The position numbers and the translations under genes are program-made. Source: Acidobacteriota bacterium (lineage in GTDB: Bacteria > Acidobacteriota > Thermoanaerobaculia > Multivoradales > J023). From it: a DNA stretch of 64,000 bases. This document shows positions 59,601 through 64,000 of this stretch, piece after piece. Positions within the stretch are counted from its first letter, which is position 1. The number at the start of each line of letters is the position of its first letter. The stretch is from assembly GCA_029263355.1 (NCBI GenBank), contig JAJCXQ010000686.1, forward strand, positions 177-64,176. The letters are read 5' to 3'. The notes beneath the pieces are model-generated. The model was not told the DNA's origin. It searched no databases and saw nothing but the letters and a program-made list of their open reading frames with translations.

Positions 59601-59869
59601 TCCGGGCAGAAGACGCGGACGGTCGCGACCTGAGTATGCTGATGACTTGGTCCTCCGACCTCGACGGTGTGGTGGGAACCGGCAGTCCATCGGCCTTGAT
59701 TTTATCCCCCGGCGATCACGTGCTCACTGGCACGGTGGTCGACTACGACGGGCGCTCCAGCTCGCTCTCGGTGCCCATTGCAATTGTTGAAGATTCCGTC
59801 AACTGCGGCCTCGACGACTGGCCACCAGCGGAGCCGCGGCTTCACTGTTCAGACGACGATGACGCTTGA
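56696..59869 (+). CDS. Secreted M4/M36-like zinc metalloprotease with FTP/PepSY-like propeptide and C-terminal MAM/PKD-like domains
   Basis: AAGGAG RBS; signal peptide; FLQTHSGLPV, LDAHSGELL, THEVGH...GEAQADIF; EDFESG..GW...GWLIDNV; WSSDLDGVVGTG. Confidence 0.8.
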   Translation: MSKTPLSIQRFGVLFLVWGGLCPAAQLDAQSSESFRKLEPTATVTPFASPRLRLTPILKQHRADDWDSALENPALARFKSLHGSDWEIRWDRSSDRPHLIQGKGIPLIFADGETSARQPGRGFDPAERATRLGAMSLQDLETAARHFLGTVSDLLRVDPSTLMLDHQRSQSAGQQRQLWHLEFLQTHSGLPVAGARVFLRVSHGRVVQFGTENITEVNLPVEPWVSREEALPRALAGLSLAADALSMTASAELKILPVMDNVSPWTGDRETISHLLVWEMTALRDLDGATFRLRLDAHSGELLEVVDLRVFGEASARIHLPMAPQPIPAPLPRLWVDHLGPRQTDEYGFFEYQGGEASAGLSGALIEVIDACGPSYLSTWDGDLDFGGTNGTDCSTPATGGAGNTQAARDAYYHLTHSIQAVLDRYSDDVLPITLVARTNQPNMSCAAYWSETLGIFAFGQASAECANIGENPGILTHEVGHAADSLLGGTASDGASGEAQADIFAFLQTGDTCIGRGLRPGTPCYGCDDLCTGIRDLGLFAAGGAAPLASPATLDAADGLSCDRFDCPYPGGSSFQGPLGFQAHCESQIASSAMLDLYRRLAAARGEAGRETFEDLWFASLPGLGEAYRLVSPDQLCTADDQAVDGCGANNWYSVLLASDDDDGNLANGTPNGCLIWQAFNDHGIACGASPACFCKGGGSLADAGPDVTICRGEEATLGTFSNQARTYLWQPGGERTPQIIVAPDLTTEYTLTAVDSCGETRDTVTVNVVACDGFEEDFESGSDGWTTSGLWHAVTSTSCASPPAADGTGAMYYGSDETCGVETGSWSSGDMISPPIAITESQNTLSFDFYLGQAQPLPLGRAEVATKTESGDWVPRWAVEINDLDIDGWQTSPQISLTPDHGSTVQLRFRFETYSRDRKSEPYSGWLIDNVKILQGPNPGSGAAPTINLVEAPTQPLSKCECVRCRFRAEDADGRDLSMLMTWSSDLDGVVGTGSPSALILSPGDHVLTGTVVDYDGRSSSLSVPIAIVEDSVNCGLDDWPPAEPRLHCSDDDDA

Positions 59870-60079
59870 GTCGAGCAGAACTTTATCTCGAGGCACGCGA
59901 CCCAACTTGATCGCATCCAAAAAACGCATTTTCGAGTCCGTGAGGTCGCGCTGATGGAGCGAGCACAGGCGAGTATGTTTGAGCAAGACACCAATAGCTG
60001 GCCTCCAGTGCATTGTAAACAATGAAGTTGGAAGACTCGGCGCTGCCAAGGCGAGTTGCGCAGCGCTGCCCGCAGCCCA

Positions 60080-62854
60080 TCAGCGCGACCGGCAGACGGT
60101 CAGTATCGGATGGCACCTAGCTACAGCTGCGATGGTCGCTGGAGCCTCGTCACCGAGGTCCTCCCTGAGTTGAGCGAGGGCCTCGGTCAGCAGCTTCTCG
60201 CCATCCTTTTCGCGGCCCAAGGCAATCCAACATGAGCCGAGCCAACTTCTTGTCTCGGCAGTTCGCCAATGATCAGGTCGCTGCTCTTGACGGATATCGA
60301 GCGCCTCCCGCAACAAAGGTTCGGCCCCTCTTGGATCTCCATCTTCTAAACGGGATTGTCCCAGCCGAGAGAGCGGAAACGAGAGCCGCCAATGGCCTGA
60401 TGGGTAGAGGCGCCGCGACAGGGTGAGAGCCTCCTCGTACACCTTTTCCGCCTGTCCACGATCCCCTTGACCGATCAGCGCGTCACCTAGATTCCTGAGG
60501 ATGAAGGCCAACTTCTTGTTGTCCGCGCCATAGGCTCGACGGGTCGCCGCCACCGCCTGCCGATAGAGATCGAGCGCTGCATCCCCATCACCTCGCATCT
60601 GAACAGCTCGCGCCAAATTGCTGAGGCCGTCGGCGTAGGCTGGATGGTTGATCCCCTGGATCTTGCGGATGATCTCCAAGGCTTCTGACAAATACTCGAC
60701 AGCGGCCGGCAAGTCGCCACGCCGCCGACATAGCTCTCCCAAGTTGTTGAGAATCTGTGCGACCGACGGATGCTCATCCCCATAGAGCACTCGACGGATC
60801 TCCAGAGCGCTCTCCAGTAGCTCGGCTGCCTCCTCATGATCCGCTTGTGCAAGGCGCAGAACTCCGAGAGAGCTGAGAGTGATCGCCAGGTGGGGATGAT
60901 TGGCCCCCAACAGTCGGCGGTGCAGCTCGAGAGCCTGGCGCAACGGAACCTCGGCAGCGTCGAGCTCACCGCGGGCGTAGAGCGCGACCCCCAGATCGTT
61001 GAGACCGGTGGCGACCTGAGGATGTTCGTCGCCGTGTAGTTCCCGCCGAATCTCGAGCGCCCGGCGGAACAAGTCTTCAGCCTCGTCGATTCGCCCCTGA
61101 TCGTAACGCAGGTCGCCCAAAGCGCCCAAAGCCTCCGCGTGCTGTGAGACCTCGCCAACCCCGGCATCGCTCAGCGTTCGAAGAAGAGACTCAAACGTCG
61201 CCTCGGCTTGTGCATAATCACCCACCGCATGGTGCCACCGCCCACGATGCAAACGGCTGGTGAGGCTCTCGGCGGACTGCTCGCCGAACTGCGCGCGGCG
61301 GAGGTCTTCCGAGACCCTCAGCAGCGGGTCCGCATCCTCGGTGAGCCCCAGGTCCAGATACACCGAGCCCATGAGGTCCATCAGCTCTGCTCGCACCTCC
61401 GGCTGATCCGCGAGCTCGGTATTGATACGGGCCGCGCCTTGATCCAACAGCTCACGAGCCGTGACCTGGGGACCCCGTGCCGGATCAGCGTTCTCGAACA
61501 GGCCACGCAGGAAGGCCGCCACCTGTTGGGATTTGTGACCCTCGATCCGCGCCCGGTTGCGTTCAGAAGCTAGCCGCACGGTGTAAAACGTCACCAGCGC
61601 AGTGAGGACAATCACCGCCACCGAGGTACCGGCAACCGCAAGCCGATGTCGACGCAAGAATTTGCGGGTCCGATAGGCGAAAGAGTCGCTACGCGCACGG
61701 ACCGTCAGACCTTGGAGATGGCGCTGCAGGTCGTCGGCAAATCGCTCCACGGAGGCATAACGACGACGTTCATCGCGCTGTATGGCCGTCAGCACGATCG
61801 CGTCCAGATCCCCCTGTAATCTGCGCCTCCGTGCTCTAACCAAGGCTGACCTGACCTCAGCAGACCCGACCTCGTCAGCCCCAGCGTCGATGCACTCACT
61901 GGGCGGCGGCGGGTCCTGCTCACAGATGGCCGACTCCAACTCGAGCCGACTCAGATCACTGTCGTGAGGGCGTCTGTCGGTCAGTAGCTCAAAGAGCAGA
62001 ACCCCCAACGAGTAGACATCGGAAGCGGTGTTGAGCGGGCGCCCAAGAATCTGCTCGGGGCTGGCATAGTTGAGAGTAAAGAATCGCAGTGCCGCCGAGG
62101 TGGCGCCAAACTCGGCGGCGCGCTCGGGATCTAGGAGCTTGGCGATACCAAAATCTAGTAATTTGACCTCTCCGCTCCCAGTCACCAGGATGTTGGCCGG
62201 CTTGAGATCGCGATGGACCACCAAATTTCGATGCGCATACTCCACCGCTGTCAGGACGTCGCGAAACAAAGCGAGCCGCCCTTCGACCGAGACACGTAGA
62301 CGGCGGCAATACTGATCAATCGGCTCACCATCCACATACTCCATGACGAAGTAGGGCCGCCCGTCTTCGGTATTGCCGCCGTCCAGAAGCCGGGAGATAT
62401 GGGGGTGCTCGAGTTGGGCCAAGATCTGCCGCTCCTGGCGAAGCCGCCGCAGGATCTCGCCGGTATCCATACCGCGCTTGACAACCTTGATCGCCACCAG
62501 CTTGCGGTAATGTTCATCCGCCCGTTCCGCCAGATAAACGGTGCTCATGCCGCCGCGGCCGAGCTCACGTAGGATCTTGTAATTGCCGACCCGCGCCAGG
62601 CCGGACGTGGTCGCGGGCTTGTCCTGCGCCACCAGTTGGATCGTGCTGGCGATCACCCCTTCGATGCGTCGGTCGGCGTCAGCCTCCGCGCCCAGCAGGC
62701 GTTCGACCTCGAGGGCCCAGGCGAGATCGCCAGCGCAGGCCCGCACCAGGAAGGCCTTGCGCTCGTCTTCCGGCAACTCCGCGGCAGCGTAGAAAAGCTC
62801 TTCCGTCCGCTGCCACGAATGACGCGCGTCTTCGACTGTGGTGAGAGGAGACAT
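60080..62854 (-). CDS. Hanks-type Ser/Thr protein kinase with a TM segment and TPR repeats
   Basis: LGRGGMSTVY, VAIK, HRDLKPANI, DFGIAK, YASPEQ, DVYSLG; repeated ALE.RR...G..HP..A..LNNLG TPR units. Confidence 0.95.
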   Translation of the reverse strand: MSPLTTVEDARHSWQRTEELFYAAAELPEDERKAFLVRACAGDLAWALEVERLLGAEADADRRIEGVIASTIQLVAQDKPATTSGLARVGNYKILRELGRGGMSTVYLAERADEHYRKLVAIKVVKRGMDTGEILRRLRQERQILAQLEHPHISRLLDGGNTEDGRPYFVMEYVDGEPIDQYCRRLRVSVEGRLALFRDVLTAVEYAHRNLVVHRDLKPANILVTGSGEVKLLDFGIAKLLDPERAAEFGATSAALRFFTLNYASPEQILGRPLNTASDVYSLGVLLFELLTDRRPHDSDLSRLELESAICEQDPPPPSECIDAGADEVGSAEVRSALVRARRRRLQGDLDAIVLTAIQRDERRRYASVERFADDLQRHLQGLTVRARSDSFAYRTRKFLRRHRLAVAGTSVAVIVLTALVTFYTVRLASERNRARIEGHKSQQVAAFLRGLFENADPARGPQVTARELLDQGAARINTELADQPEVRAELMDLMGSVYLDLGLTEDADPLLRVSEDLRRAQFGEQSAESLTSRLHRGRWHHAVGDYAQAEATFESLLRTLSDAGVGEVSQHAEALGALGDLRYDQGRIDEAEDLFRRALEIRRELHGDEHPQVATGLNDLGVALYARGELDAAEVPLRQALELHRRLLGANHPHLAITLSSLGVLRLAQADHEEAAELLESALEIRRVLYGDEHPSVAQILNNLGELCRRRGDLPAAVEYLSEALEIIRKIQGINHPAYADGLSNLARAVQMRGDGDAALDLYRQAVAATRRAYGADNKKLAFILRNLGDALIGQGDRGQAEKVYEEALTLSRRLYPSGHWRLSFPLSRLGQSRLEDGDPRGAEPLLREALDIRQEQRPDHWRTAETRSWLGSCWIALGREKDGEKLLTEALAQLREDLGDEAPATIAAVARCHPILTVCRSR

Positions 62855-62981
62855 CCGTGCGCGTACCCGTCAATACGAAAGACAAGCCTGGTAGACCCAA
62901 CGAGTATAGCCCTTCGAAGACGCAGGTCATGGAGACTCGGGAGAAGTACCGTCAGATGATCACCAACAACCGATCAGGGTT

Positions 62982-63272
62982 TCAGCAGGGTATCTCCGGA
63001 ACGCAGAAGTGGCCTTGAAAGCTCCACCATGTGCGACCAGTGGACAAATCGACTTCACACAGCCAGCTCTCATACCTGGCGGCGTCTGGAGTTCCAGGCT
63101 CTTGGCAACACCCTGCCCGGACGTTTTTTGTCGAATCAGCGAAGCAGCCGAAACCAGGCCCCGGCAAATGTGCGCTGGCGGGCGGTACGACAAGCAATGA
63201 GATCAAAGCAACGGAGCCCGTGATCATTGCGATCAGGGCGAAGTGACTAACGCGTTTCCATCCTCTTTCCAT
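62982..63272 (-). CDS. Small secreted cysteine-rich protein (6 Cys)
   Basis: AGGAG RBS; signal peptide ending ASA|H; mature part of ~62 aa with C-CC-C-C-C. Confidence 0.65.
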   Translation of the reverse strand: MERGWKRVSHFALIAMITGSVALISLLVVPPASAHLPGPGFGCFADSTKNVRAGCCQEPGTPDAARYESWLCEVDLSTGRTWWSFQGHFCVPEIPC

Positions 63273-63410
63273 GGGTTTCTCCTAGGTGTATTGAGTTATT
63301 CGATCCGCGTGAACAGACCTGTTCTTCTCCCGAGTCCGATGCTGAATTTGGTGCTGTGAGTGGGGTCCACTCGAAGTTGGCGAATCTCGCCAGGTGAGGT
63401 CGCGACCCTC

Positions 63411-64000
63411 TCATTCGACGGTCTCGAACGCCTGAGCGAGAGCTTCCAGAGATGGGACTCCCACCCATCTGCGACCATTGATGAACAAGGTTGGGGTACC
63501 CGGAATGTCGAGCTTGCGAGCGACCTCGAGATCTCGTTCGACGACGGCTTTGCTGGCGTCAGCAACGAGGCAACGCTCGAACTCATTCGAGTCGAGCCCC
63601 ATCGCGGCAGCGAGTTGCAGAAGATCACCGGTTGGCGGCGGCGATCCGACCGAGCCGAAGATCGCGTCGTGCATCAGCCAGAAGGCGTCCTGGCTGCGGG
63701 CGCATTCCGCCGCGATAGCGAGGTCCATCGACGGCCCTGAAGGGCGTAATGGAAAGTACTTGAAGACCAAACGCGCCCGGTCTCCATAACGCGTCATGAG
63801 CTCGCCTAGGACCGGTTGCAGCTCTCGGCAAGCGCCGCAGGTGAAGTCGGAGAACTCTACAATCGTCACCGCCGGCTGAGGCGCTCCTTTAGTAGGACTG
63901 TCTCCAAGCTCTATGTTGGCTATGTCCTCAGCGAGCAGACCGGCTTTCGCTGCAGGTGGCGTCACACCTGCCAGCAGTGCATTGACGCGGACCACCAGAA
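63411..64000 (-). CDS. DsbA-like thioredoxin-fold protein (5'-truncated by the window edge)
   Basis: VTIVEFSDFTCGAC, VFKYFPL, IPGTPTLFING. Confidence 0.85.
   Translation of the reverse strand, partial: LVVRVNALLAGVTPPAAKAGLLAEDIANIELGDSPTKGAPQPAVTIVEFSDFTCGACRELQPVLGELMTRYGDRARLVFKYFPLRPSGPSMDLAIAAECARSQDAFWLMHDAIFGSVGSPPPTGDLLQLAAAMGLDSNEFERCLVADASKAVVERDLEVARKLDIPGTPTLFINGRRWVGVPSLEALAQAFETVE

Overview
GC-rich bacterial chromosomal window. The many large secreted proteins and a C-terminal (I/L)FAD(G/S)FESG..W motif suggest an Acidobacteriota/Thermoanaerobaculia-like organism (inference). From left to right: (1) 1-9.7 kb holds two large secreted proteins sharing a ~385-aa C-terminal module. 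They are interleaved with an unannotated RiPP-like cassette: a 55-aa precursor missed by the ORF track with a lasso-type YxxPxxxxxG leader and a GSPPPPPGKGF core, an S24/S26-like peptidase with Cys in place of Ser, an HPrK-like kinase, a PqqD/RRE protein and a nucleotidyltransferase, but no lasso cyclase in the window. (2) A ~430-bp AT-rich array of ~42-bp palindromic units abuts the 3' end of tRNA-Ser(UGA), which follows serS. (3) A 13-kb glycosylation region carries four GT2 enzymes, a methyltransferase and GT-C-like membrane proteins, plus a duplicated serS-type promoter. (4) Central metabolism and redox genes follow: fused E1 alpha/beta 2-oxoacid dehydrogenase, a CCC/SLC12-like transporter, a Grx-TrxB fusion, DsbA-like proteins, lpdA, sucB, and a sucA carrying an inserted cyclic-nucleotide-binding domain, separated from sucB by ~8 kb of unrelated genes. 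(5) The right end has rfbF, a DUF4129/DUF58 deletion-fusion remnant, a toxin-antitoxin pair with a frameshifted PIN toxin, a secreted M4/M36-like metalloprotease, a Ser/Thr kinase-TPR protein and a small Cys-rich secreted protein. All calls come from motif recognition by eye; no database searches were run.
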